From the NCBI RefSeq assembly GCF_009914755.1, contig NC_060926.1: a stretch of 64,000 bases of DNA; one strand, written 5' to 3'. The number at the start of each line of letters is the position of its first letter. Position 1 is the stretch's first letter. The notes beneath the pieces were generated by a model. It was not told where the DNA came from. It did not search any database and was given only the letters and a program-made list of their open reading frames with translations. The translations under genes and the position numbers were made by a program. This document shows positions 39,090-54,328 of this stretch, in pieces. Origin of the DNA: the human T2T-CHM13v2.0 reference genome, Homo sapiens.

Positions 39090-39583
39090 CAACTTTAGAT
39101 TTTTCCCCTGAAGTTTTCATAATTTAAGTCTATAAAACAAACTGATAATAGAGTAACAGAAAAAAAAGCATACAAATATATTATGTGCACATATGAACAC
39201 TGGAGTTATAAAAAAAAATATGAAACTCAAAGAAAGGGCAGAATGATTACAGAAAGACTAGTGTCTTGGAATGAACAAGACCAGTCATGGCAGGAAGAGA
39301 AGAGGAAACACCTGGGGCAAAGGTGGTCTTGTTATGCAAATGAAACCTCACAGGTAGCTGCTCTCAGAACCACAGGTAGCAGCCTGTGGTTGAGTTAATT
39401 TTTCCTAGGTCCAGACCAAGGGAGAAAGCCTGGCTGTTTATTTCACCAAGGCAGATCAGATGCAAATCTCCTCCACAAAAGGCAGCTTTGCAGGGCTGTT
39501 CTTGTTTGCAGGCCCACTGAAAAGTCATCTCAAAATGTGTCAAAGAAGTGTATTTGGGGTGAAATATTTTTGGTTTCCTTTAC
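39090..39583 (-). mobile_element. MER34-family ERV1 LTR
   Basis: The 'catctcaaaatgtgtcaaagaagtgtatttggggtgaaatatttttggtttcctt' end is the reverse of the MER34-type 5' end. Confidence 0.75.
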
Positions 39584-41628
39584 CTTGTGTGTTTATGGCA
39601 TAAGCAAATAAGACCACCAGAAAAAAAAAATTATACAAAATTTTATTTTAAAAAGACATTGAAGTAATCAGCATAGAAAAAAAGCAGGGATGTGTGTGAG
39701 TTCCTGTCATTGCTGTTAATGATTCTATTTTGAGGAGGGTCACCTTACTACTGTCAGTACTCAGCCGTTGCGGCATGTGATCTGGTTTTGGGTGGATGGA
39801 GGCCATGCCATAACAGCCAGGAGGACGGTGAGCACAGAACCAAACCAACTACCTCTAACTTCTAGTCACAAAGAAATCAGGATAGAGCTCTGACCACAGG
39901 GCTGGGTTCTGCTGCACAGCATGTGGGATCCCCTGATGCAGGCGTTCCTAAAGAATAGCAGCCATTCCAGAAATTACATCCCCCTCTGGCCTCCTGGCCC
40001 CTCTCTATTTAAAGCAAGCAGCAGCTAAATGTTTAAATTGAGCTTTAAAGCCATTTCCTCAAAGAGTTAACACAATATAAACCATCATAAAAGGAAAAAA
40101 GGACCCATTTATACTCAAATTACACAGGAGTAGCTTGTCTCCATCTAGGCTCAAGAGTATTTGCTCTTAAAAGCTATTTTTTCCCCAGAAACAATAGTGC
40201 AGGTGCATCGCGCTTCAGTGTGCAACATATTCATCCTGGGAGGCAGGAAGGTGATTTCACACCTGTCTCCTCTTTTTATTCACTCCTGGCCTGGCTAATT
40301 TGCCCAATGTCAAGATTGGTATGGCCAAGTCTGTCGAGGAGAATTACTGCTTTGCAGCACGATGTCCTCACTCTGGGCATTTGGACTGTGTGATTTGCCG
40401 CATGTCTATTCTGAGTACATCTTTCTGTTTTTCATCATCCATAAATGGAACCGATTGGTAATAATAATCCAGAAGAGATTCTGTTTGTAGTGAAATATCG
40501 GAAAGAGAGAGAGAAGGAGAAAAGACAGTTTTAACTGGCATATGGTATGCATTGCTAAAGGGGAAAGGAAAGAAGAGCGACATTACTCTGTGCTTTGATT
40601 GGCTAAAGGTGAGTTACTGGAGAAGACGTCTGATCTTCACTTCTTACGTCTCAAAAATAGACTGCTAACCACTCGAATATGTCTGCAGAAGAAAGAGGAG
40701 AAAGAAGATGAAAAGAAAATTACAAGTACAAGTAAAGAAAATGCCTGTACTTCACTGTGCCTCCTGAATCAGGGAGGGAGGACTTTCCACATTTTTGCAT
40801 ACTAGAACTTGTGCAACAAACACAGGGTCATTTATATAACAAGACAGCATGCTGAGTACATTTTCTGAAAGTACAAATTTGTTTTGTGTGATGGTGACTA
40901 CCCTATAAGCTTTCCATTTATTTCAACTCCATATATTCCTCTCATGTTTGTCTCCCAATTTGCTCTGGAATAGAATGGCCCATAAATTACATTTAAAAAT
41001 TGTTTGGTTTGAGATAAATGTTAAAATAATAAAATTACCAGATTTATATGAATTTTAAGGAATCATATTTCTCTATCCATTACCAGTGGTTAACATTATT
41101 CTAACATTTCTATTTTTTAAGTATGATTTTATAATTCTAATAGAAAATGGATATCCTATAATCTCATCAATTTCTATGTCATCTCTTTGAAGGCTCACAA
41201 ATTCCCAAATCAAACAAAAGGCTTTAAAAGAAACATTTGATGTTTTTGAGTAATGTGCAGGAAATTAATGAATATAAACTTATTTTTGTATTTTATGCTG
41301 CTTATTTAAATATTTAGAATATGGTTTTAATTACCATGAAACTTTACTAAACATCCACCTGTCAGTAAAGAAACTGATTATTTTTTGTAGATTTGCATTC
41401 TCCTGAAAAAGAAACAGGTGTGAAAACCTGCAGGTATTTATCCACCAACAAAAAATAAAGGATATCTGTGAAATGTGGAGGAAGAAGTAAACACGAATAT
41501 AATCTTAAAATTGCAAAATCTCAGTATGTGATTCCAAACTCCAAGAACAAAAAGATTCCATGGAAGAAGGGAAATGCCTTCTTATCCTTGTGGAACCGTT
41601 CTCAAATACCAGGAATCTCATTCAGTTG

Positions 41629-41672
<44 letters not shown>
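41629..41672. repeat. (TATC)11 tetranucleotide STR
   Basis: Read directly. Confidence 0.97.
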
Positions 41673-41774
41673 AATCTAGTTATAGTTTTTGATCCCTACA
41701 ACAATCTTCCATGATGATTTATGGTAATATATTCTAATTTTATTGATGTAAGAATTATGGTTAAATTAAGAACC

Positions 41775-42020
41775 CAGGTGGAAGTTTCCTTTGAGCCTAA
41801 AAGTTCAAGATCAGCCTGGGAAAAACAGCAAGACTTCCACTCTAAAAAAAAAAAATTTAAAGATTAATTTTTTAATTAATTTCTTAATTACAGGTTGCAT
41901 GTGCCTGTAGTATCTGCTACTTGGGGGCTGAGGCAAGAAGATGGCTTGACCCCAGGAGGTCAAAGCTACAGTGAGCCCCGATGGCACCACAGCACTTCAG
42001 CCTGGGGGATGGAGTAAAGA
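41775..42020 (+). mobile_element. Degenerate truncated AluJ
   Basis: 'agttcaagatcagcctggg...ccaggaggtcaaagctacagtgagc'. Confidence 0.85.
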
Positions 42021-42099
42021 ACTAAGGTTAAGCAATTTTCCCAAGATCTTAATGATCATAAATGGAATTTCCTTATTTGCTATTAAATGTCTGTGAATC

Positions 42100-42735
<636 letters not shown>

Positions 42736-42819
42736 GGGAGAGAGAAGAAGGTGTGAGCCTGCTCCATCTTGTACAGAACCAGAGCCCTAGAGGTTAGGTT
42801 AAGTGAAGCATTAAGCAGC

Positions 42820-43030
42820 ATGGAATAATCCTGAGCTTTGGAATCAAATTGGCTTGGGTTCCATTCACTATCTACCTGACCAACTGTGTGTCTTCGGAAA
42901 AGCTCTTAGAAGCCTCATTTTCTTGATTACAGTTGTTATAAAATGAGACAAAAATTCTTATTTCTGGTGTTTCCATGAGAATGCATATAAGAGAATGTAG
43001 AAAGGCTATACATAATTGCTTGATAGATTT
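42820..43030 (+). mobile_element. MIR
   Basis: 'gagctttggaatcaaattggcttgggttcc...gcctcattttc'. Confidence 0.6.
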
Positions 43031-43179
43031 TTTTTTATTGTTCTTTCCCTTATAGTCTTGATTGTTTCCACAGTTCAGGTCACAGAGGTTTGACTGTCCA
43101 TACACATCACCATGACTCACAACAAATCTCGGCTTCTTCACCCCTCGCATCTTGACCTCTGCTACTTGCCTACTTATTT

Positions 43180-43430
43180 AATATTCAAATGTGCTCAGCA
43201 ATTATTAATCACCTATTCCATGCCAGGTATTGTGCTAAGTTTTTCCTCATATATTAGTTTTGAATGTCAAATATATTATTGTGGAGGAAGTTATCATCCA
43301 ACTTTTCCTTACAAATAAAAAAAAAAGACAAGTCCTTGCCAAGTTTACACAATTTGTATGGTATGAAGCTAAGATTCAAACCCATGGCAGCTTGGCTGTA
43401 ATTCTGTGCTTTTCTTAATACACTACAGCT
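43180..43430 (-). mobile_element. MIR
   Basis: 'cacctattccatgccaggtattgtgctaag...cttgccaagtttacaca...agattcaaaccc'. Confidence 0.65.
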
Positions 43431-44798
43431 GCTCCTCATTTTCACCCTTTACCTGTCTGGCTTTCTCAGTATCAGTCTATTGACATGCTCTAATAGCTTA
43501 AAGGTCTCAGACCCAGGATTGCTGACTCTAGCCTGGACATCTGTCTCCCTTTACCATTTCAGCTGTGGCCCTGGGGCTCCCACCGCCTACTATCCGGACA
43601 TCAAAGTGTGAAACACCAGAAGCATGGCAGGCCCAGTGAATTCAAGGTAGTGTTTAATTAAACATGCACCCACTACTTAGGAAAGTATATACTTTTTGAA
43701 TTCCTAAAAGCAAACCTTTTCAATGTATTAAAATTAGAGATTTGTATTCATAGCTGAATGGAGAATTGCTTCTTACTATCACCATTTCCATTTCCAGTCA
43801 AGGACAAATCTGCTTTTCCTAAAACATAATGTCAGTTCCTATCATTCCTATGTGCACTGTGGGTCTATCACAGATACATATCCTTCATCATAATGCTTTT
43901 CTAAGTAATGAGTCTATAAGCCCCTCTACTCTCCTTCTCCTCAAAGTTTCCCTGAGCCAGGACAGACTTAAGAATGAATCATGCTCTACTCATCCCACTG
44001 GCATTTTAGTTCCACTCTGCCCACCCCTGCAGGCTCTTTACCTTCATTAAAGTCAGGATGTCTTAACTAACAAGAAATAAGTAGAGCCAGGGCAAAAGAT
44101 GAGTAGAGCCAGAGCTATTTCCACGTGAATCAGAAACAAGTGTAGATAGGGAAGATCTAGAGATGGGGGCGGGGTTGGGTAGGAGCAGTACTAGAGGCAG
44201 AAGGAAGAGATGGGAAGGGAGATAGATTGAGGGAGGCATCACAGACAGAAGAGAAGACCCTCAGCTGAACTCTGGGGTCCCTATTCTTCAGTCAGCAGCT
44301 TGGCTTAGAGCAAGACACTCATCTTCTCTGGTGGCCCCTTTCCTCCTTTTTAATTAAGGGTTTGGGATTAGATGACCAGAGGGTTACATATGGTCCTTAC
44401 ATCCCAGGCTGTTCTGAAAATAGCACAGCTTTACACATTTGCAAGTATAGTAAGAAGTCCCTCTTTCTTTCCACACTGACTATTGTACAAAAATTAAATT
44501 GAAATTTGGTTGCTGAGAACCTAAGCCACATTTTCTTTCAGTAACATCAACATTCTACATGATGCTTAACATGTCGACTAAACCCTGGTGAACCCATGAT
44601 GGACTTGAACTGTACTAGAATGACATACAGCTCCCAGGAGAAGAAAGGGAGAGAGGGTGAGAACCAGTTTCCTGAAATATTGCTGAGCATGGAGTATCTT
44701 CCTATCTACCCTACTAGCCCTTTCTTCATGGCCCCATAGCCCACTAATAGTGATTTCAGTAAGCCCCATTTCTCAAGAAGTCGTGGGCTACAACATCA

Positions 44799-45132
<334 letters not shown>

Positions 45133-45699
45133 CTAGGAACCTCCCCTTAGCCCCACCTTCTTATGCTAAACAGCAGGAGGAAAATGAGTAGTGCACTAGT
45201 AAGTTAAGTGACTGATAGACCTTAATCTTCCTTCCTTGCTGTTTAATTTTAATGAAGATTAATACTGAGCTAATATTTAATGGGATAAGGGTTTTATATA
45301 TAGAATAAACAGATTTGGCTGTGGAGAGAAGAGGTATTTGAGGCATGTAATTATGTTTGTCAGAAAACCAGATTCACCTAAGAAAAGCCCCAGATCAGCA
45401 CTCTGAGATTTGTTTACTCCCTGCTTCAACCCCATACCCACAAGGTTATTAAAAGTTCTAAATATTCACCTTCTTGTATCAAAATACAGGAGTTCCAGAA
45501 AGAGTGATAGCTGGAAGAGCCACTCTCAAGTAGGTTTGAAATATTATATATCTTGAAAGAATAATCATAAATGATGGGCCACACAGCACTGTCCTCCACT
45601 CAACGTACAGGCATTTTAGGCCAAGGCAAACTGGCCTTTCTCTCCCAGGCTCTTTTTCCCCATCATACACACAGTAAGAGGACATACATGAAGGTGCAG

Positions 45700-46070
45700 T
45701 GTTATGGACTGACTATCTGGGCTCTTCCAAAATGTATATGTTGAAGCTCTAACACCCAGTGTGATGGTGTTTAGAGGTGGGACCTTTGGCAGGTACTTAG
45801 GGTTAGATGACATCACGAGGGTTGGGCTCTCTTGATGGGATTTTTATCCTTATAAGAAAAGGAAGAGAGACCAGAGCACTTTCTCTCTCTCTCCCTGTCT
45901 GCCATATGAGAACAGTCAGAAGGCAGCCATCTGCAAGCCAGGAAAAGAGCCCTCACCAGGAACAGAATCTGCCAGCACCTTGTTCTTGGACTTCCAGCTT
46001 CCAGAACTGTGAAAAATAAATGTCTCTTGTCTACAGTATTTTCTTCTAGCAGCCTGAGCAGAATAAGACA
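45700..46070 (+). mobile_element. MLT1A-like MaLR solo LTR
   Basis: TGTTATGGACTGA...cttggacttccagcttccagaactgtga...TAAGACA. Confidence 0.88.
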
Positions 46071-46193
46071 TGTGCCATTCAGCAGGAGGCTAAGGTTCAT
46101 GCTCCCACAGAGCCAACAACAGAGTCGTCTTCAAGTAGAAACATCCCCAAAGTTCATGGTATCCCCATGGTAGAGACAGCTTTCTTTGTGGCC

Positions 46194-46218
46194 TGACTCA
46201 GCTGCTTGGGTTGAGTCA
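46194..46218. promoter_or_regulatory. Twin AP-1 sites
   Basis: TGACTCA (46194-46200) and TGAGTCA (46212-46218). Confidence 0.5.
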
Positions 46219-46506
46219 CTCAGCTCAGCTGGTAGGGACAGAAGCATCTCTGTAGGTGAGATGGGCAGGGGTGGAAGAGCTGTGAGTTCCGCTCACTGGA
46301 ATCCAGCCGAACACCCACATATCTCAGCCTGGAAAGGCCTGCAGCTCCCATGGCTCCCACATGGAAAACAGCTGCTTCCTCTTCCTCCTCCTCCTTGACG
46401 TTTCTCTGTCTCCTTATCTTGCCTCGTAGCATCTGTGCCACAAGCTTCTCTCTCCAAATGACCTCTGTACAAAACACAACCTCTGCAACTTTCCCAAAAG
46501 ATCTCA

Positions 46507-47412
<906 letters not shown>

Positions 47413-47584
47413 CTGGGCTGTCTGTCTCCCATTGCTGAGAATAAACAGAGCATATCTCATGGTTGCTAACCCCTGCCCTCAGGCTGCCCTTTTCCTTCCA
47501 GCTATGTATCCACACCCTATGCTGCACTCCCACAGCACTTGGGAGGAGAACTGAGTTTCAGAATGATGACTGGCAGGGTGAAGC

Positions 47585-47933
47585 TGTTATGATCTGATGT
47601 TTGTGTTTCCCCAAAATGCCTAGGTTGAACTCCCAACTCTCACTGAGATGATATTAGGAGATGGGGCCTTTGGGAGGTGATTAGATCAGGAAGATAGAGC
47701 TCTTGTGTTGGGATTAGTGCCCTTATAAGGAGAGACAACAGAAAGTTTGCTTCTCTCTCTCTGCGATCTCCACCCTCCACCTGCAAACCAGGAAGTGGGT
47801 CCTCCCCAGACCCTGAATGTGCCATCACCTTGATCTTGGACTTCCCAGCCTCCAGAACTGTGAGAAACTAATGTTTGTTATTTAAGCCACGCAGTCTGGG
47901 TATTCCGTTACCACAGTCTGAGCTAACTAAGAA
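47585..47933 (+). mobile_element. MSTD/MLT1A-type MaLR solo LTR
   Basis: 'ggggcctttgggaggtgattag...cttgatcttggacttcccagcctccagaactgtgag'. Confidence 0.85.
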
Positions 47934-48585
47934 ATGAACTAAAGGGAGAAAAGCAAAGTCTCCCAGTTCTCTAACAGCAATGGACAGGGAGGATGGCTAC
48001 CAAGCCCCCACTATCTATTGGGCACTTGATGTGCATGGATCTCTTGATCCTAATGGATTTCCTGTGAGGAAGCTGCCATCATGCCCCCTACGGAGATGAG
48101 AGCACTGAGACTTGGAGAGATCTGTGTATGTATGGGAAGCATCGTTTAAATCAAGGTCTGTGGGACTTCACAGCCCATGCATTTCCTATCACAGAATGCA
48201 CCTGACGCATACTGTCACAGGGCATAGATGTGTACTGTGAAGTGTTATTTATCTTCATTTGGAAGGGTCTGCTGATTCTCTCTCCTTCAGCCCCACTATA
48301 AACTGCCTTTCTTCATCTCTGGCCAATTCAGCGTAACGGGATGGTCTTGTCTTCTGCAGCCAAAATTCAGGCCCTGGTGATGTTCTTGATTTGTTGTAAG
48401 AGACTCCAGTGCCCAGGGCAGTCAGCCTGGTTGATTCTGTCACAGTTCATGAATTCACATCAAAATGCACCTTTCCCCCTATAATTAAGTGAAGGCCTGA
48501 CCTTCTAGACCCATCTGTGGCCTCTAGAGCCCCGCTTACAGCCTATAAACCCTTGAATTTCTAGGTGGTCTGAGCACCTATTAAA

Positions 48586-48752
48586 TTTTTTATTTTTTCT
48601 GTTTTTTTCTTTTTTGTAGATAGTGTCTTTTTCTGTCACCTAAGCTGGCATGACATGGTACAATAATGGATCACTGCAACCTCCACTTCCTGGGCTCAAG
48701 CTTTGGCCTTCCAAAATGTTGGGATTGCAGGCATAAGCCACCATGCTTGGCC
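48586..48752 (-). mobile_element. Monomer-length, internally deleted AluJ
   Basis: Right-arm 3' part joined to left-arm 5' part; TSD CTATTAAA. Confidence 0.85.
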
Positions 48753-49458
48753 CTATTAAACTTTTTAACTTCAAGATGGCTCAGCAACAGAAGCAGGATC
48801 CAGTCCTCCACCCTGAGCTAGAGGTGAGGGCATGCAGAGCCTGTGAGCACGAAGGGAGCACAGAGTAGGGGAAAGAGCAGGACACAGGGATGCAGGAAAC
48901 CATCAAGGTCACAGGTGTGACTCCACTCATCCTCTGCTCTTCCCTAATTCATTCTCTTTCTTCTTCCTTGAATCACTCGTTCATCTGAATGTGGCAGGAG
49001 CACACCATTGTGCCTCTCCTGTTCCCTCTAGAAGGCTCTGCCATGGCAGGCACACAACTGGAATGGGAGTCAAAAAAGTGTGCTTGAATCCTGGCTCTAC
49101 CAATACCTCCCTACCCAACCTCAGGCATGTGGCTTGCCCTCTCTGTCTGCTGAGACCATTGTGAATGTAAGTGAAATCCTCCGTACGGCCTCTTTGCTTG
49201 CTGTTAATCCCTCTGTCAGCAAGGCTGTCATCATTCTCCGGTCACCCCTGCCTCTGAGCCCTCCTCCCCTGGCAAATTGTCTCCATCATCTTGATTTGGC
49301 AAGCCATTCCATCCACCATGGCCAGACACCACACAGGATAGCAGATTTCCATCTTGCCACCCAGACTTCCGGTGCTTCCAGGGAAGACTCTGTGTTAGGG
49401 TCTCTCCCTAAGCCCCAGCACCCTTGCTTTTAACTAGCAGGGACCTGCGACTGCCCTC

Positions 49459-49873
49459 TATGAATTAAGTTTAACCTAAAGCTGCCTCCTTATATATTTT
49501 ATGTTCAGCCTAAATTTTTAAGTTCTCCATACCTAGTAAACAGCAACCTAGCTGGATGTATAAACAGACTGTAACCTACTCTTGTGCTAATCACTGAGTT
49601 TTAGCCAATCAAAGGTGGCCAACTGTTAAAACCAGTTCAAGTAAGACAAACACCAAGCTGTAAACAATCCAGTTGTTCTGATCTGACTTCCATTTTCTGT
49701 ACATCACTTTCCTTTTCTGTCCATAGATCTTCTTCCACCACTTGGCTACACTGGAGTCTCTCTGAGTCTACCCTGAGTCTACTCTAGCTTGGGAGGCTGC
49801 CTCATTCATGAGTTGTTCTTTGCTCAATTAAACTCTGTTAAATTTAATTTGTCTAAGTTATTTCTTTTTAACA
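49459..49873 (+). mobile_element. MER57B-like ERV1 solo LTR
   Basis: 'aattaagtttaacctaaagctgcctcctta...aaacagactgtaacctactcttgtg...tttcttttaaca'. Confidence 0.88.
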
Positions 49874-51408
49874 TCTCTAAGCACATGAAGAGATAAATGA
49901 ATGATTGAAGAACGAGAAAATAATACTTGGGTGCATGCCGTGCCAGAATCTCCATGCCCTTATGTTACATCTCTTGCCTTCAAGTCAAGTGTGGATGCTT
50001 CCAAGATGTAGAGAATACTCTTGCTTAAAAGGGAATAGACTCAGGATCCCTGAGAATAAATAAATCTGTGAAAATGTCCTGTTGCCTTGATGGTTTCCTT
50101 AATATCTGCTCCTCCTCCCCCTGCCCTCACCCCAAGGTATCTTTCCACACTCTGCTGTGTCATCACCCACTTGAGAATTCCTCCTGTAGTTTGGGTCTGC
50201 TCCTCCTCTGTCCTGCCCAGCAGCCTTCTCACCTACTCCTTTGTGCCTTGTGATTTGTTTTCATCTGCTTTCCTTACTCCAATCTGAGCTAGGGGTAGTC
50301 ATCGTTTCTCCATGAAACCTTAATCACACAGCTCAGTGTGGATCTACCCTTCACTATGATCCATCCATAGCATCCTGCACTCATTCTACTCTAGCGTTGC
50401 TAAAAAATTGCAAAAAGACATTCACCCAGTTACCTGTCCTTTCACCCTATTGCAGTCTCCATATGCTTGTCCTCTTGCCTGTTGTCTTTCCAGACCTCAG
50501 CAGAGTACTAGACATGTACACATCACTTAATACATACATGTTTCTCAATGAATGCATTCATAGGAATTTCAGAAGACTTCCTGAGATTCCTCATGTTTAC
50601 TTCTACCTAGCAAGAATCCTTCTAATGATGGTTTTTCCTATCTCTTTTCCAATAAAACATAACATCCATGTCTTTCAGCAGATCAAGTTTCTGATACTTG
50701 CAAGGCTCTCTTTAAATGCCAAAGCAGTACATGAATGAAGGGAAAAGTCTAAGCTCTGCCGCAAAACAAAATCTGTTTCTGGTCCTTCTGAAAAGTACCT
50801 GGATGGTGTCTCAACTCAATGTAATCACGTTAGGCTGAGCACCACTGAGATGCCAAGGCATTCCAGGAAGAGTGTGGGGTTTACATAACCTCAGGCTGAA
50901 AAATTTATTCTGCCTCAATCCTCATCTCCACCTGAAAGGGTGATGAGTTTTTTCTTGTTGACCCTACATGTAAATAATGATAAATCTGGAATTTTTGCCA
51001 TGATAACAATTTGAGGGTCTATATTTTATGTTTACTTGGTAACTATTTAATTCAACAAATATCTACTAAAAATATCAGATAAAATAGGAACACCAGAAAA
51101 AGTGCCAGCTAAAAATATCTGATTGAGAGGGGATACAGTGGCCAAGAAAGAGAGACATTGCCTCCCCATGAAGCACGTTCAATCTTCCAGGGTAGCAGTC
51201 ATTCAACAAGTAGGTATCAACCAATGACCCAACTTTTAAAATGATAATAAATAAAATTCTGTCTTTAGTTGAATGGAAACTTATGATATTGATGACATTA
51301 TTTTAGAAAACTGAAATTATAGCTGAAATTTTTTTGTGTGTGATTTTCTTCTATAAGGTGATCATATAGTTTTTATACTGAACATCTTAGTTATTAAGAA
51401 TGCCAGAT

Positions 51409-51666
51409 AAAGCCAAGGTGGGTGGATCATGAGGTCAAGAAATTGAGACCATCCTGGCCAACGTGGTGAAACCCTGTCTCTACCAAAAAGTACAAAAATT
51501 AGCTGGGCGTGGTGGCGTGCACCTGTAGTCTCAGCTCCTAGGGAGGCTGAGGCAGGAGAATCGTTTGAACCCGGGAGGAGGAAATTGCAGTGAGCCAAGA
51601 CTGTGCCATTGCGCTTCAGCCTGGGCAACAGGGCGAGACTCTGTCTCAAAAAAAAAAAAAAAAAAA
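51409..51666 (+). mobile_element. 5'-truncated AluSc-like
   Basis: 'gatcatgaggtcaagaaattgagaccatcctggcc'; A tail. Confidence 0.93.
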
Positions 51667-52319
51667 GTTTTACTCTGGTAAAATACAAAAACATAAAATA
51701 ATTCCATTAATAGTTAAAAAGATGGTGACTTATTGATATTCATTTTGATTGCTCAAACTGCAAACAAACAGCTAAGGAATAACTAGGACAGTTACCATAA
51801 TAATTAAATCCTATTTAGGATAAGCCTATGGCTTCATTTTCATGAGCAGTACCTAGAATTTTAAGAACATGCTTGAAATCTAAAATGATGATTTATTAGA
51901 TATTTTAACACAGTTTTCTGTCATTATTTGATATGTCATGACAGAAAATATGCTTAAAGAGTTAGGTTGATAACATGGATTAGATTTTGAAAGAATTTGT
52001 ACAATATCTTTTATTTTTCCTTGATATTTGGGAAGAAACTATTCAAAATGGACTCTTTTCTAAAGGAAATATGTTGTTAAACTACATTTTCTTTTAAATA
52101 TTAATTAAATTGAATTGAAATTGTATTTAAATATTATGGAAAAGATAGTATAAAGCACGCAAATACAATTTTAAAAGGGGAGAAGACCACAATCTCAGCA
52201 TTACAATAAAATCACATTCATTTTGGCATCTTTTCTCCAGTCTTTTATATGAAGAAACAATTTTAGATTGTGGTATTTATAGCAGCATGCTACTTTTTAG
52301 GTTTTATTTGAATAATTAT

Positions 52320-52540
52320 GACACATTTTTAAATAATTTGAAATATCTATTAAAATCATACAGAGAAATCTATTACCTTCTCCCAGCTTCCTCAAATGGA
52401 GGCATCTTACATGACAGGAGCACCATATCAATACCAGGAAATTGACCTTCATGCAATCTACTGATTACATTGCCTTATTCAGATTTCAACAGACTTTATA
52501 GGCACCTGTGTATGTGCCTATATATGTATGCCTGTGTGTA
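52320..52540 (-). mobile_element. Old L1M 3'UTR fragment
   Basis: 'cccagcttcctcaaatgg...catcttacat...caataccaggaaattgac'. Confidence 0.6.
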
Positions 52541-52560
52541 TCACAGACACATACATGAGT

Positions 52561-52793
52561 GCCTATATATGTGTGTATTTTCTTTCTATATGACAGGATT
52601 TTTGTTTTTGGTTTTTTTTTTGAGACAGTCTTGCTCTGTCCCCAGGCTGGAGTGTAGTGGCGTGATCTCAGCTCACTGCAACCTCCGCCTATATATGTGT
52701 GTGTTTTCTTTATATATGATAGTGTTGGTTTGTTTGTTTGTTTGTTTGTTTTTGTGAGACGGAGTCTTGTTCTGTCCCCAGGCTGGAGTGCAG
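52561..52793. repeat. Tandem duplication (period 126) containing an antisense Alu 3' end
   Basis: Two copies of gcctatatatgtgtgt..tttcttt..tatatga + T-rich tail + gagac..gtcttg..tctgtccccaggctggagtg. Confidence 0.9.
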
Positions 52794-53056
52794 AGGCCTC
52801 AGAGCTCAACAAACAGTTCAGCTTGGCCTGACTTATACTCCAGTCTGTTAAGAATTTCTTCTGCACAAACATCACATGGCCTAGTGTGAACCCAAAGGAC
52901 TGATGGGGAGCAGGGGGAGCAATAACCAGGCCTTCTAGAAGTCAGTCACTGTTATTGACAGCATTTTTAGGCACTTGATTGGGATAATACAATTTTCCCA
53001 TTGTAACGTTTCCACTGTTGTGCCAAATTAAAGAGCTAACTCCTGCACAGGAGTGA

Positions 53057-53466
<410 letters not shown>

Positions 53467-53949
53467 TTTTTCTTTTATATATTTATTAAATATGTATCAG
53501 CATCATTTAAGCAGTAAAATCTATAGTCAACAGTATCATTAGACTTTCTACATACGAAGTGATCTATTTGTTTTTGCATTTTAAATCCATATTAGGAAGA
53601 TTTACTCCTAACTATTCTAGTATACCATTTGATATGTATATTATTAATCCAATTGAATACTAGTATCAGGTCAATTTACTTTTCATAAAAAAAAAAACAA
53701 AACTATTTCTATCATGGGCAGACCCAAGTTTGGACATAGTGTGTGCTTTTCTATAGCAAATGTGGAGCTGGGCTACAGGGATCCAGCACCTTGCCCTATT
53801 TTACCTATCTAAACCTTCCACAGCCTAAGGATCTAGGAAAAGAGTAAATAGATCGATGCATTGGGGTATGTTTTGTCAATTTTAATTTCTGTGTTCCCCA
53901 AACTTTAATTTGCTTCCCATTTCCTTCAGAACTAAAGAATATGTTACAG

Positions 53950-54210
53950 TAATAATAATAACAATGGTAAATACTTGCATAGTATTTACAAATTCCAGGC
54001 ACTGCACTAAATGCTTTGCACAGTTTCACTCATCTTAACCTTACAACAGCCCTAGGAGGTGGGTGGTAATTTAGCTCCATAATTTATACGGTGGGAAAAG
54101 TGAGCTAAGAAATTTGCCCCAGGTTTACACAACTAGTAAATAAGTCAGTTTGGATTGTCTATCACAATCTAGCTCTAAAATTTATGCTTTTATTAACTAA
54201 ACTATACTAC
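53950..54210 (-). mobile_element. MIR
   Basis: 'ccaggcactgcactaaatgctttgcaca...cttacaacagccctaggagg'. Confidence 0.75.
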
Positions 54211-54328
54211 ATCCAAAAAAGATATTCTTAGCTTTATATTCAAATACATTTTCCAGTTGTCTTTATACAACTTCCCAATCTCATCTCCCAGGACTGTGCA
54301 ACTCTAGCCCAGTGGAAACCGCCGTCTT

